A DNA stretch of 61,553 nucleotides, counting the filler, from Choristocarpus tenellus KU-1152 (lineage: Eukaryota > Protista > Phaeophyceae), in assembly GCA_964200185.2 (NCBI GenBank). It is 10 parts of 10 records of this genome, joined end to end, with 100 filler letters (N's around TTAATTAATTAA, not from the genome) between each part and the next. Parts side by side here need not be neighbours in the genome. Positions count along the whole stretch, not along the records: positions 39,573 to 50,509 come from CAXNAD020002617.1; positions 50,610 to 54,203 come from CAXNAD020019059.1; 8 more parts are not named here. One strand, given 5' to 3'. A program made the translations under genes and the position numbers. The notes beneath the pieces were generated by a model, which had not been told where the DNA came from, did no database searches, and worked only from the letters and a program-made list of their open reading frames with translations. Position 1 is the first letter of the stretch. The number at the start of each line of letters is the position of its first letter. Below are positions 39,573-54,203 of the stretch, one piece after another.

Positions 39573-42500
39573 CCCCCCTCCCAGATACTTTGGGTCTGAT
39601 GAGGACCTGATCAAGAAATGGACTGGAGTACTGAAACTAAGCAAGATGGTAAATTTGGGTGTACTCTTGCGCATTGGGCAATTGTTGTAGGCAGTCAATT
39701 AATGATGTTATCATATAGCGACATTTTGGGCATGTATGTAATGAAAATTGAGATTATGTTCTAACATTTGTATGTGTGTGGATTTCCCAAGTGGTAATTT
39801 TTTTTTAATACTGTCTCGCCAAGAAGGTCGTTAGGGGAGTTCATTATGCGTCACAAGTAGAACACAATAAGATAGGCAAACACCTTAGAGACCAGTGGTG
39901 GAACCTTCTAAAGGTACACAATATGGCGTGCCTTGGAAATTATGTTTTTCCAACTCGAAGTGTCCCAGGACTGGTATACACACACTCGGAGAAGAAGCGC
40001 CCATGGGTGTGATGATTTGTCTGAAGATCTATACTTACATCTACGATGGTTGTCATGAAGTTACTGGTCGCAGCCGATGTGATAGGGGTCATGATGGACA
40101 TGGTAGTAGAGGAGGTGGCGATCTCAATGGTCTCTTGTTTGCCATTTACCACACAATGCTGTGCACTCCAAATATGATGACGAAGCAAGGGACATGGGAT
40201 ATATGGCCACTAGTGATTGGTGTTAGGGCAGACAGGGGCATCCCAACCACACATCACAGACAAAAGGTTGAATGCGGGCAGTAGGTTGGAGGGTGACCGC
40301 AACTTCAGTGCCCCATTGCTCATTGGAGGTGCAGGTGCAGGAGGGGTTGCTGCAGATTCAGGAGAGTCACAGGGAGTGCGCCTTTTGTTGATGGCGTGGG
40401 GGTGCCCTATATAGACATTGGGATAGAGAGAGATGAGTTTGCTTGTAACATATGGTAGGTTCACACCAAACGAAGAGATGGAGCACTTCCTATTTTATTT
40501 AGGTGGTCTGTTTGTGTCACTACATCAGTACGGTTAAAAGTGATTGAATTTGTTATGGTATTACGTGGATCCTGTGGGGTTTATGTACAGGCATCCTGCT
40601 GAGAGGGAGTCCCACTAGAGAGTAAGCATTTCCCCCACACCACATTGCCGCCGCCATAATGCATTTGCCAATCCTCCACAAGTGAGGACCTTTTTTAGTG
40701 TAGTTCAGTTACTGCGATCGGTCTCGCATTGTCATCATCGCTGCATTACATCATTTGTCATTTATCTCCACAATAGTCTGAGGAGACCCAGACCTGAGGC
40801 CAACAAGGTGGTCACAAATTGAAGCAATAAAAGCACAATAAGCATTGCTTGGAAACAAGTGATCAAAAAATATGTATGAAGAGAAAACCGGTGGAGACGA
40901 ATAAGAGAAAAAATTAATGTACCACAATAATCCAATGCCTTCAGGACGTCATCCACCTTGACAAATGGCATTGCCAAGATTTTATTGGGAATAGCAGCGC
41001 AAATTAGAGCAGACCCTCCGCTCCTGATCTTATAAAGGTTTGTAGGCATATAGTTCCAGCCTATAGTGATAACGCGATTATTTGAGAAACATATGCATCG
41101 TTCTAAAAAAAGCTTACCTCCTTACCTCTGGACTTATGTTAAGGTACAAACTGAGTTAGAACTAATCTTAGATAGTTTCGAATACATCTATTACTCAAAT
41201 TCTAAGATTTTGAAGACCGAAAATTTGACAGGAGGTTTTCGTGAAGGAGCAGAGGTTATACAAGATTACCACTGTAATGTTTTTGTTCCAAACCACCAAG
41301 GAAATGCTCTCTTTCCCCCTTGTCCTTGATAAGGTTAGGGTTAGGATCTGCATGGGAGAGTGAAATCGGGTTCCATATTTTATGGCATACCACGGATAAG
41401 TCATTTCTGTTGCAACCGGTGTACCTGCACTGCAGTAGTTTCTCCTTCACCTCATTTTTTGTTGGCTCTGGTATTAGACTTAAACCTACAGCTTCACGTG
41501 TAAAATGTATTTATATTACACTTCACTGTAAGTAGCCTACTACTACTACTGCACCAACATCCGTTGTCGTGATTTGTCCAAAATACACACATAAGAGTCT
41601 GCTATGTGAGGAAAAATAAATGCAAAAAATCAAAAAGGAAACTTACAGTAATGATATACATCACTCTTTCCATTCATGCTCGGCTCTGACTTGGACGGCA
41701 ACAACCCATGTATCCCTCCTTTTCTCTACCACACATACGCCAATATATTCTCTATTACACCCTGTCCAATTCGTAACAAACGAGCCTTCACTGCTGTATT
41801 CTACATTTCTTCTTTTCCATTCATGACGACATACCCAAAATTATAATAGGTACAATATTTACACACATGTGTGCGATTGTGTTCGATATGATCAATGTAT
41901 TTATATTTTACAACACAAAAATAAGAGTGGGGTTGGGTGCGTGAAATTTATTCCCCTTTCTACCACCCTTGAACGACAAGGATGGCTGTGAAGAAGAAAT
42001 GAGTAGACCAAGTTGTCAAGACAATGCTTGACCATTTGTGAAAATATTATTCCAATGAACATTTTATGTATGCACAGACTATGTCGCGGGACGTTAAGGA
42101 TATTTAGGGTTAGCGTATTTGACCAGAAGTAATTAGCGGACTGTTAGGGTCGGAGTGTTTCTGATGCGTGCTGGAGAACTGTGGAGTCATTTGATATTCT
42201 GAGTAATTTACTGTAAGGTTTGGTGCGCCTCATTCAGTGATGGTGTATCACTCTCTTCTCAACTGTGATACAACCCAACAAACAATAATATAACGTGGGA
42301 CAACAGATGGTCAAGGACAGTTAACACAAGTGGGAGAAAAAATGGATGGTTCATTACTTGTCCCCAACAAACGCACTCACTACTATGTATTCCGGTATGT
42401 ATGAAGGTTGGTTGTCAACAGGTTGTATGAAGCATAGTTAAGAATATTATCGGAAGTACTTTATCTTCGTATTATTCGATCAAGAAGTTAACGACAGACG

Positions 42501-43596
42501 AAACATACCCTTACGTTTGCCGACACAAAAATGTGTAATACTCTCGTCGAGGTCTTTCTAGTTGAGATGTACTGCCTTGCTGGCTGCCTCAGAGGAGGAA
42601 CAGAGAGTGGTGAAGGCATTACACATGACCACTCACGATTTGTTTATTACAATAAAGAACAATTCCAACAGTTCAATCTTTGAGATCCTCTATTATCACT
42701 ACTGACACTTGATTGAGGGACAGAGTGAGACAGTGTAGAGGCCAATGCATGCTGCATGATGGGCTCATATGTTACCTCTTCATTCTCCACGACAGCTTCT
42801 TCACCACGTATCCCATCTATCTCTGGTCATTGCCAGATATCTTGTTTTAGATCCAATAATTACTAAACCGTCATCAATTCAAATTCAATCTGACATCTAG
42901 ACTAACACCATGGTCAGAGGTACTTACAGTGAACTGCACTGCTTTTCACTAACCTCAAAAAGAGGCAACCGATCTAGCAGCCTGACAACTCGGTAACAAC
43001 GACATATGTGAACTTCACGAAATTTATATTGATGTGCAATATGAACTGAGGCTCCTCATTTTCATTCTGAGATGCGAAACATTTTCTCTTCAGCATCCAC
43101 CCTTTCACCCCTCCTCCACAATAGCTGCAACAGGACTGTAAGACCAGGGAGCAAAGACCCCACCAGACCGGTCTTCTGTGTATCTCCACAAAGTGCACAG
43201 CATCCAAATATCCATTATGCCATAAGACGAACAGAACAATTGATTTTCAAAACCCTGCAATTTAAACAGAGAACATAGCGACTAAAAAGATAAAGACAAT
43301 AAGAGGGTACACACCCCCAACCAATCAAGCTATATCTTATTCAACCAACAGTAAAATTTCCTAACCGAAGAGATCATACACAGGACCACATGAAGAGACC
43401 TTCATGTGGAGAGGGCTTGCCTTCAAATACAGTACGATACTCGTGGCAAAATAATTGCTTACTGCATGTTTTCAATAAAAAAGCTATTGTCGGCAGTCCT
43501 GTCGACTAACCTTATTGTGAGCATCAACATTATATGCGACCACTCCAGCAGCATCGTGGTGTACTAGCGGTGATCACACTCTTCCAAAATTAGGTG

Positions 43597-46500
43597 TCAC
43601 CTAGGTAGTGGAATAGGTCCTTTTTTGTTCTCCCACAACTTCACTTTAGTGTATAGTGCAGATCCTGAAAGAACTAAGAATATACCTACAAAACGAATGT
43701 GCAAGTACAGGAGGAGAGGGAGGGGGGAGGGAGCAGGGGGACAAACAACATGAAATCGATAACTAATATTATAAGGCAAGACTTTGTTCCACGTAAGATG
43801 GGCATGTGCAAGCCCAGGAACAGTAACCTGCAGAAAACAATGCTAGCTTTTCATGTTGCATAATCAAGTTTTCAGTGGAGGCGGGGGAGGAGAGCTAGAG
43901 CTAGGTTGATGGGAGCATTTTTTCCCTTTTGTTTCAGTGTGGTCAAGGGGCATATGCTGTCTGCATTGACCCAGGAGGATAATATTGCCCTCATTGCAAC
44001 ACCTGTCAATAAGGCAACCCTAAGCATCCCCAATCATGATAACAGTGGGAATAAATGTACTCTTGATCACGAAACTAAAGGTTCCCTGGTGGTTCAAACC
44101 ACTCACGTATCCATTTTTTTTTATTACAGCAGGGGAACATAGACAACTCCAACAGGGTGACAAAGCATCACAAATTTGAATAGCTCAGTTTCTTATAATG
44201 GATGCAAGCAAAATAACACATCAGTGAGCAACCTGTTGGACAAGCAATTTAGTAACATTCTTGCATCATAGAGTGGTGGCACAAACCAACCAAAAAAAAA
44301 TTCCAGCCTATACCTCCCCCCCAAGTGTATAATTTTTTTGTTCCTCTCTGCTCCAGCCCAATCTTTCATCAATGGTACCAATATGCTCTCACCCAAACAT
44401 GCCATGATAGTTGCAGGGTTTCCCCAAATGTAGAAGGCCATGGCGCTCTGCACTGCTGCCTTAGCGGTCCCAGAGATGTTGTGGGTCAAGGGGCTTGTGA
44501 CTTGAATCTGGAATGGCAGGGGCATAGATAAGGTGCAGCCAGAGTATGAGAGTCAGCACGTAAGTAACCTAGGGGGCTTGAGGAGGGGAAAGATACAATG
44601 CCCAGGTGCTCTCCTGCACACTATAAATTCCCAGCATAAATTTCACCCACAAAATACCTCCCAAAGAATTTCCTGTGCACCTTTTTATATTCAGTTAAAA
44701 TGTATTTGGGGGGGGGGGCATAGAGCAGTAAAACCCCCCACTAAAGAGGTATAGTAGGCAAAAAGCTTAGCATGTTGAAAGGGTTTATGGACTGTTTTTG
44801 GAAGCAATGCGTTTCTGTAAAACAGTCAATAAATACGCAAGTTTCGAATTCTCTTTTTGATGATATCACCAGGACTGTGGATGAGCACAAAACAATCAAC
44901 ACAGGCAGCAATGCAAGCTACCTATGCATGTAGTGACTTGCCTGCATGACTGTCACAATTCCAATTGAAAAGCCCAGGAATCCTGCCACAATCATACTCC
45001 CCCAGAAAGGGATTGTGAAGATAGATTTGTAGTGCTGCTCACAGCAGGACAAATGTTGGGGATGGAGTGGGAGGAAAGCAGCACAATTAGCTTCAACAGT
45101 GAAATTACATGGTTGTTGTGTGGTGTGCAGAGCAAGCCCACCTAGCTATTTTTTTACAGCAATTCAAGCTGAATATCAAAAAAGGAACTTCAAAATACCC
45201 TATCACCTCCAGCAAAACTAACATTCCAAAAAAGCAGTCACACCCACAGGCCCAACCCCCACGTTCTACTATTAGCGATCCAAGCGAAAAACAATTGCAC
45301 CCTACACCATTTCAATTTCCATTCACCCTATGAGAAATAGGGTGGTACACAAAAGGCATCAGCCATTCTTCAAATTCTTCAAAATGCAAAATTGATGCGA
45401 GTCTGTACGAAATGTAATTCAAAATGTCCTACAAACATCCAAGGGTACAAGTACATGCCTGTCTAATCAAAAGCTCGATCATGAGAGACACCACACTTTG
45501 CACAACACAAGAGATTTATCTCAAGGGAGAAACAACTCTTTTAAGCACTGCGAACATAGGTTTGGGGAAAATGAGGAAAAAGGCTACGACAGCGGGACAG
45601 TTTGTACACAAACACATCAATAGTCTCTTCACTTGCTCTCCAAACTCCTCACACGGTATGTACCCCTCACCAGTCTTCACCACACAACAGTACATCTAAC
45701 TGTTCAAGAGAGAGAGCAAGACTTCACACACGTCTTCATAAAAATAAAGCGAGACCCAAGCTTAAAGGGAGTCACAATAACACACACACTACCAATACAT
45801 CAAAAACTGTGCAGAAGAGAAAAAAATTGTTCCCCCAGATCCCCCCCTTCTACCCCCAAATACCATACCCAGGTATCTTCAAAGACCAAAAAGGGAAAAG
45901 AAAAAACTGATCTCACGTCAATCAGAATTTCCCTCTCGTAGAAGTAGATGAATGGCAAAAACAGGAAACATGCATTGGCATTGTTGATAAACGCCAACCG
46001 CCATGCATCATTATTCACATACGGCAGGATCTGTTCAGGCAAGCAAACAAACAAACAGCAGGGACACACAAAAAAAAACCCAACAGGGATGAGATGAAGT
46101 TCCAAATTCCCAACAGTGTCAACGGTGTGGGCACATGCCAGGGGAGGGGGTGGGTGAAAAGCGCAATATATGGAATTTTTTTCCCTTTTGTCCCCTCTTG
46201 CGAGAGAGTGGCATAGGAGTGCTGGTAAGGAAGTGGCAGCAGAAGCAGAAGCAAAGTACCACCAATACAAATGGGCAAGATCTACCCAGCTGTATGTCAA
46301 ACCAAGGTCTGTTAACCGACCCCCCTTATCTCTAGCTCTCAAGCACACTGACCCTCTTGGTGAAGATGGAATTGAGGCTCACGAACACACTGGCGAGGAC
46401 TCCACATACAGATCCAAGACGGGAGAACTCCACCTCGCCAGCGCTGCCTACAAAGAACCCAGTGATGACAATCATCAGACAGAGTATGGTTGGGAGGCTC

Positions 46501-48717
46501 ACAGTAGTCCGAAGGATTATGTAGCTGAAGAGGGCATTGAATACAATGGTGAGGGACCTGGCAGTATGAGAGCATGGGTCATGAAACCCAATTGCAGCAG
46601 GAGAAAAGGGGGAAGGGAACAAAGAAGACATAATCAGATAACTGCCATACAAGGGTTTACTTGAGACAAACAAGGAACAAGCAAGGGAAGAGGGCTTGTT
46701 CTTCCCACCCTCTGCTTTAAAGTATGAAAGGACCATACGCAACCTGACAAAATTTTTAACATTTCGAACGGAGTCCAGGTAGAGTTCTTGCAATAAGGTG
46801 CCGTTGTGGCAGTTTAAGCATCCTAATTCAATACTAGAGCATTTCTGTTAGTATGAAAACTAACATGTGAGTATCTTGGGTACACATGTGGGATGATAGC
46901 ATCCAAATTCTTCACTTCCTGTCTATTTTCTCGTAGCTCTACCACTTGTCAAGTGTGCACAATGACCAAAGGGATTAATCACAACCAACTGGGAAGAACT
47001 AATCCCATTAGCATTGTAACTCTAACTCACAGATATGTATCAAACCACAACTACGAACAATGGGCCAAACAGGTGCAAACAGAATAAGACCTGTATATAT
47101 GCATGTTGAAGGGTTATACTCAGCACCAATTGACAGAAAATGTTGAGGGTTCAAACACCCTTTTCTCCTTCTCATTTCCACTAGTACTAGCTACATCAAT
47201 ACAGTGAGAACAATGCTTGGTCTCTTTAAACTCAGTGTATATCTTGGCACACCAAGAACAACATCCCTCCTCATCCCCTCGTCTCTCCAAAGTTTTGATA
47301 ATTTACCTTCCAGTGTTCTAGAACTGACCTGACCTAATCGCCCATTGAAGGAATGACTATACTAAGTGTGCTGCACACATTTTAGCAGGCGTTCTGAGTG
47401 TGCGGCAATCATGTCTAACGGAGTATGGAATGATGGCAATTGTCTAAGCTCAGCAACATATTTCAATATGAGGGTTAAAAATGAGGCAATCACCTTGCCA
47501 CGTTGTAGAAAGACACAGCCACATACTTGAGGGTGAGCTGGTTGAAAACTATCATTGCCACAAATATAAAGGAGAGTGGCATGACATTCCACACTGTCAG
47601 CGGATCATATTGGGCGCGGGGAAAGGTGGAGAAGATCGACTTTTGTGCCGACTGGAGACCGTCTTTCGCCTTGGCCCTATGCCCCATCCAGCCACAAAAC
47701 CAACAGATTACACATGTTATCAGACACTGAGAGTTGGGTGCAGATTATAGGCATCATTCAGAGCACAAGTTGAGTTAGGGGAGAGGGGAGGAGTGAGAGG
47801 TGGAGGAAGTCTTACAGGTACATGTTATGGGTGAGAATATTACTGCCTCAACAACAAAAGTTCACGACTTGAGCCAACATTTCTCTTGTCCTCTTATTGG
47901 AAGGAGTGACTGAAGCGGGAAGCTCTTCTAACAAGAGTCGCGGAAATTCGTCACAAATATTGCGACAAATTATGACTGTACAAACTCACACTAACCATCT
48001 TCGCTTTGTTTGCGGTTATTTATATTACATGACAATACTAATACTTCATGGAATACACACTGCGACAACCAGCTTCGCATGAAGCAATCTTGACTATGTG
48101 GTCAAACTGGTGGATCCTGTGGAATGAGGGGCATTAGATGTGGCCGTCCAGGTATTCTTCAGGGTGTGGTTGACACCATTGTAAACCACCTTTTGACCGG
48201 AACTTTAACATTACCCTTCGAACCACCTCGAATACGTCACAGTCACCCACAAACTCACAGGTTTTTTTAACAGAGACAATAAAACTCGAAATCGCGATTG
48301 GCACTGTGAAGCTGCTATGAACACAAGGGGTTTTACATTTTACTACGCATCTCTCATGCACCTATGCAATGGAAATTTAGGTTTTCACTAGCCCACAATG
48401 AGAAAGGATCACATCTACATCTCCGCAAAGAGAAGCAATTCCATGAAGGCGAGAGGCTAATACCCTTACACCTTCCTGTCTAGAACAACACCGGAAGCAG
48501 CTGCAGACATATTTTTCGCTCAACCATTCAATACAACTTCTCAAACTCGAGGAAAATCCCAGATCCAATGCATCACCTGGAACCACGTGATGAAGAGTGG
48601 GATGGCGTCGGAGGTGACAAGATACTTGTTCACATAAACCAGGGAGATCGATACCACCCAGTACAAGCATACTACGCCGGCAACGTAAGCCTTGCTGTGC
48701 GTTGGTTCGGCAGTCAT
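43597..48717 (-). CDS. SLC35C1: GDP-fucose transporter (SLC35C1-like nucleotide-sugar transporter), 7 exons, 329 aa
   Basis: Exons 48717-48577, 47726-47494, 46557-46353, 46030-45917, 45034-44942, 44507-44393, 43685-43597 total 990 nt in frame. Family motifs: [83 protein letters not shown]. Confidence 0.9.
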
Positions 48718-50509
48718 GACTGTGGGGTGGAGAAATAACACTCAAAACTGAAGGAAACTAATGGAAAATGGGGTGAAATAAGGTGTAGACACTGACCGTT
48801 TGCTCTCTGCCTATTCTACCTATTGACAAGTAGAACCCAATGTCCATCCTATCCTCTTTTTTGAAGGTTTAGAATACTAACTGATCAAACTCACCAATCA
48901 TGATGGAATCCTTAGAATATTTCTATCAAAATAACATACTTATCAAAACAATACATTTATCTATTTATATACACATATGTATATAGTTTTCATTGGTTTC
49001 CCCCTGACACATCTGCAAAATGTCAACCAAAAAATGTTTCATTGGTTTCCTCCAACTTTTGATCGGAGTGAAGTTTTTCGTCGAAATAAAGCTTGATATG
49101 ACCCTTGAATCACTCCTAACATTATTAGATAGGTTGGAGTTGGTTATGGTGCGATGGGCAAGAGCGCCATTTCCTCACTAAAATCAAGTAACTTAGACAT
49201 CCGTCCGTCCGTCGTCCAGTATATGGCTTGGAGGGCTGTTTCTTCTCTACCAGGACGAGTTTTTTCACTGGAGAAGAAGAGTCGTTATCCTCCATATCTC
49301 ATCTGCCTCTGTGCAACCCTAAACTCTACATTGTTATTTTATCTCCGCTGTTATGCGTAGAAGCTCATCATACACCAGTCGGCCAGCCAGCCCTCATCAT
49401 CGACCTTGGCCAAGAATACATGCTCTCCGTCGTAGCAGTGACCCCACTTTGATTTCTTGTTCTGCACTGATTTACTGGTCCACTCGATCAAGCGTGAGTC
49501 CCCCTCTCGGCACACGGCAATCGCCTGCTGTACTCTGCCCAAGCTCTTCCTTTGACATCTGCGAAACTTGCAGACTGGAGGTAGAGACAGCACCACCACG
49601 ATATCCAGCATGTCCTTCGACGGTGGGGTTTCCGCAGCCATTGTGCCGAGCTCTGCATGGACAATCTACTTTGTAGTGAGCTCGGTGCGAAGGTCAAGCT
49701 CCAAAAGCCTCGCACAGTATACTGTTAATAGTCACCTTTACGAGAGCATCACAGGTCTTGATAAATTTCGAGGTGATGCAAGGCGCCCTGATTGGTGATC
49801 AGCACATCAAATTAAAGCTCAGTTTATAAGCAATCGATTGGCACAAATAATTCAGGTTGTAAAAAAACATCTTGAATGATTTTTAGCGATTTTCATTTTT
49901 TTGGAATTCAACGGAACCTTTCGGTACTTACTATCTCAACACAAAGAAATATTTGCGACCAGATTTCTTTACTCTAATCGACGGCATAACTCAACACAAA
50001 GTAATCTGCGACCGGATTTCTTTGCCCCAATCTAAGGCATTTGATCTGAGCTTTAATTTGATGTGTTGATCAACGATCTGGACGGCTTTGATCACCTTAA
50101 AATTTATCAAGGCTGATCTTATTCTAGAGGCGACTGCCAACACCATATGAATGAACATGGAATTAAAACACAAAAAATAACAAAAATGACTTCATCTTGT
50201 CCGGAAATGAGAGGTGTATGATTCAAGTGATCAACAAGAAAGACATATGAGACGGACCAGACGGACCAAGACGAGGAGTAAGGTGAGCTTAAGGTTAGGT
50301 AAGTACGAAGACTACAGGATTGGAGAGGATTATATTACGATAAGAATCTGGATGATCAGAATGTCAAGCCCAAATAACAAAGAGAATCTATATTGTTTCA
50401 ATCCACTATTTGTAGGGTTAGTATCTTGGGAAGATTCCACACCTCAGTCTCATCGAAGATCCTCCACCAAATATAGTACCTACCCCGATTTTGTTCACCC
50501 ATGGGCATG

Positions 50510-50609
50510 NNNNNNNNNNNNNNNNNNNNNNNNNNNNNNNNNNNNNNNNNNNNTTAATTAATTAANNNNNNNNNNNNNNNNNNNNNNNNNNNNNNNNNNN
50601 NNNNNNNNN
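50510..50609. other. Artificial contig spacer
   Basis: Same 100-nt spacer. Confidence 0.98.
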
Positions 50610-53600
50610 GTACAAATTGCTAATATGTCCTCACAAGCAGTTCATTTACCAAAGAATACTCTACTTGGTCACATCTACCCTGCAAATATAGTCAATACCA
50701 AACACTCTCACACTATATCTGCAACATCTCTATCAGGGTCTGAACGAACGCGTCTTGATAATGCGTTGAAGCCTGCTATTGCCAACACTAATTTCTCTTC
50801 ACCTCAAATACAAGAAACACTGAATCTCTGTGCCAATTTCGTTCAGTATTTTCCCTCGACAGCTTTGAATTGGTAACTTGCACCATTGCTGAAGCTGATT
50901 TTCCTCTCGAACCAGGTACCAGACCTATTAGTCGAGCACCATATCGAACCGATTCACATGTTAGAGGTATTATTGATAAATGTGTTGAAGATTTACAAAA
51001 CCAAGGACTAATTGAAGCTCGTTCTAGCCCATGGGGTTCCCCTGTTACTATCGTTGCTAACGCAGATAGGACCCCAAGATTCTGCATTGATTATCGACGG
51101 ACCATAAATCAACATCTAATTAAACGTTCTTGGCCCATGAGTTTAGCTGAGGAACATCTTGATTCTATTTGTGCAGCAAAATTTCTTTCTATTGCAGAAG
51201 TTCAATCAGCATATCATCAAATTCCTGTGGCAGAAGCAGACATTGACAAGACTGCTTTTGTCACCCATAAAGGCAAGTTGTATGGAAACGACTTCCTTGT
51301 GGTTTGAGCAATGCTCCATTTATTTTTCAACATATGATGGCTAGAGCTCTATCTGATTTTGGCACGGGGTCAGGTCTGCTATGTTACATGAGTGATCTCA
51401 TTCTTTGTTCTGCCACTTGGGACCATCATATAATTTTCCTTGAAAAGCTTTTTATGGCCCTTCAAAATGCTGGCCTTACTTTAAAACCTTCTAAATTGAA
51501 GTTTGGTTCAGCAGAAGTTTAATGTCTTGGTCATATTGCTTCTAGTAGAGGGGTACGTCCTGGAAAAGCTCGAATTCAAGCTGTTGTTGTTGACCTACCC
51601 ACTCCTCGAACAATAAAGGACATTCGTTCTGTCCTTGGTATGTGCAATTTTTGTCGAAAGTTCATCCCACATTATACAGACCTGACAGAACCTCCATTCT
51701 AAAATTCACACGTAAAGAGTTCGTAGCACGTCCTTCTGGTGAAATAGGAAAAGCATGGACATCAGTTCACGATACTGCATTGACAAAAATTAAAAAACGG
51801 CATTAACATCGGCCCCCCTTTTACATTATCCTGATTTCTCAAAATCTTTTGTGGCACATGTGGATGCTTCCAATTTGGGCAGTGGTGGTTTTCTTGCTCA
51901 AAAAGCGTCAGATGATCCAGCGAACACCTCACTTCATATTGTGGCTTACTTTAGCAAGAAATTTGATGGAGCACAACGAAATTATTCAGCCACATATAAA
52001 GAATGTTTAGCAGTAGTCCATGCCATTAACCGCTGCCCTCCATATCTTTGGGGTCGACATTTTGATTAATTCACAGACCATGCGGCACTCAGATATCTGT
52101 ATTATATGCAAGGCACAGTTAATATGTTGACACGTTGGGCTCTTGCTCTTCAATGTTTTGATTTTACAGTCCATCATAAACCAGGCAGAGACAATGTTGT
52201 ACCTGATGCCCTTTCTCGCCTCTTTGATATTGAGATTGATCGTATGCCAAAAGTACTTGCTCCTATTTGCAGGAATATTCCAGAAAAAACAATGTCAAGT
52301 GCGGTAACCCCACGTCAAGCATACGAAATATATCCATATCGCCTTCATGAATTAGATATAATTCAGAGTGACCGTGAACGTTTTAGTAGTTCAGAGAACA
52401 TCTTTCCAACTCTGGACCACACCAAAATTCGCGAAGCACAAATGAACCAATTTTCTCTTTACTTTGCGTATTTAGAAGCCCCTGATTCAGTGTCTTTACC
52501 TCCACGTGAATCGAGGAATAGCATGTCATATTTTTATGTTGATGCTGACACTAACTTGCTTTGTCGATCATATTTTCCAGGGCATATACGCAAACACCGT
52601 GCTTTTCGTGGTCAATCAGTGGTTCCAAAAGAATTCAATCTTTGGTTTTACTTGCTTGCCATGATCATCCTACTTTGGGAGGTCAATTCGGTCTTTCTCA
52701 TACTCTTGACAAGGTACGAGACCGGTATTGGTGGCCCATGTTCCAAAGAGATGTTAGAGAATGATGTGAGAGATGTCAGCTTTGCCAAAGACGAAAAACT
52801 TCTCACAGACGTCCTACATTGCCTCAAGGACAAATTCCTGCCACTTGACCATTCGAACGGAATGCTGTTGATCTTGTACAATGTAAAAAAATTTCCCGTG
52901 GTTGGCGTTATAATCTTTCGGCTATTTGTCAGTTGACACGCTTTGCTTTTCTCATTCCCATTCCAGACAAACAAGAAGTGACCATTGCCAAAGCTTTGTT
53001 TGAAAGAATATTTTCAATATTTGGGGAACCCGAATTCCTTCACTCTGACCAAGGTTCGGAATTTGAAAATAAACTTGTTCTGGAATTGCAGACAGTGTTT
53101 GGGTACCATAAAACTCGAACCACACCCTATAGACCACAGGATAACTCTGTTTTAGATCGTGTTTATTCTACTCTGCATCGAATGTTATCCATGTACAGTA
53201 ACATAGCAGAGAATAATTGGGCAACTGTTGTACCATTCCTTCAATTGGCTCACAATACGGCATACAATACCACATTACAAGGAACACCTTTTTTCCTGCT
53301 TTTTGGACGCCGGAGAATTTTATCGATAGATCTCATTCTTGGTCTATCTAAAACAACAGTTGCACAATCTAGTCAAGTGTTTACTCAATCAACAGCTGAG
53401 AAATTACAGTTAGCTTTTGAATTAGCCCGTCGCAATCGGAGAGAATGGAATGCTAAAAAAAATGCTAGGAATGAAATCCTTGTTTTCCCCGTGTTTCAAG
53501 TTGGAGGTCAAGTTTTGGTGCACCGTCCACATACTGACCGTGATGGACCTAATCCAAAATTGATTCATCCTCAAGGATGAATCAAGCCAAGTGGCGTGGA

Positions 53601-53640
53601 CCTTTCACAGTGACTGCCAAGATTTCCCCTGTAGTTAACA
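50610..53640 (+). mobile_element. Decayed Ty3/gypsy pol region, same lineage as the element at 5612-10300
   Basis: RT (SSPWGSPV, PRFCIDYR, KTAFVT; YMSD in place of YxDD), RNase H (HVDASNLGSGGFL), integrase Zn finger (HDHPTLGG, RYWWP), core (HSDQGSEF) and PNPKL..WRGPF. Contains multiple stops and frameshifts. Shares MLTRWALALQxFDFTVxHK and LAPxCxNI with the other copy. Confidence 0.93.
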
Positions 53641-54203
53641 GCCGATCATCAAAATTGAGGATGGAGCTTTTTATTGAGGATGAGCGAGACGAGAATTGGT
53701 GTGCGGAAAGTGCACTTATTTTTTTAAATTTAATATTGCAGCACTTTTTGGAAGGCCCCGCTACGAATGGGAATCCATCCCGATGAAGGTGGTGGTAGGA
53801 CAGTGTGCGTGGGGCAGCAACGGTTTCGTCCGATCGTCGTGTACATGTTTGCCCTGCGTTGGCCTGCTTGCTCGAATAATTAGTGCGGTCAGTGGAGTCG
53901 TTTGACTGTCGATGGTGGTGGTAGAAAATAATGGTGCTTCGAAGTAGTTTTTTCGGGGCAGCGTCTCATTGTCATTATGGATGGCTGACTGACTGAGAAG
54001 AAGTGTTATTTTCCCACATAATTAATTTGTTTATTTTTCATTGCTATCGTCACCAAGAAGAAGAAGAAACTACCACTGAGCACATACAAGTATTGACATT
54101 ATATGATGAACGACCTCTTTGTACGAATATCTCAGTTATGCCCGAGATATCGTTTGTTGCGATCTGCCCCCCCCCCACCCTGTCAGAAACGCCGATCGGC
54201 ATT

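Noticed and set aside
49150-49800. 96-aa ORF upstream of the transporter as an extra exon or gene
   Set aside because: The transporter is complete from ATG 48717. This segment has no recognisable motif and is probably a decayed repeat.
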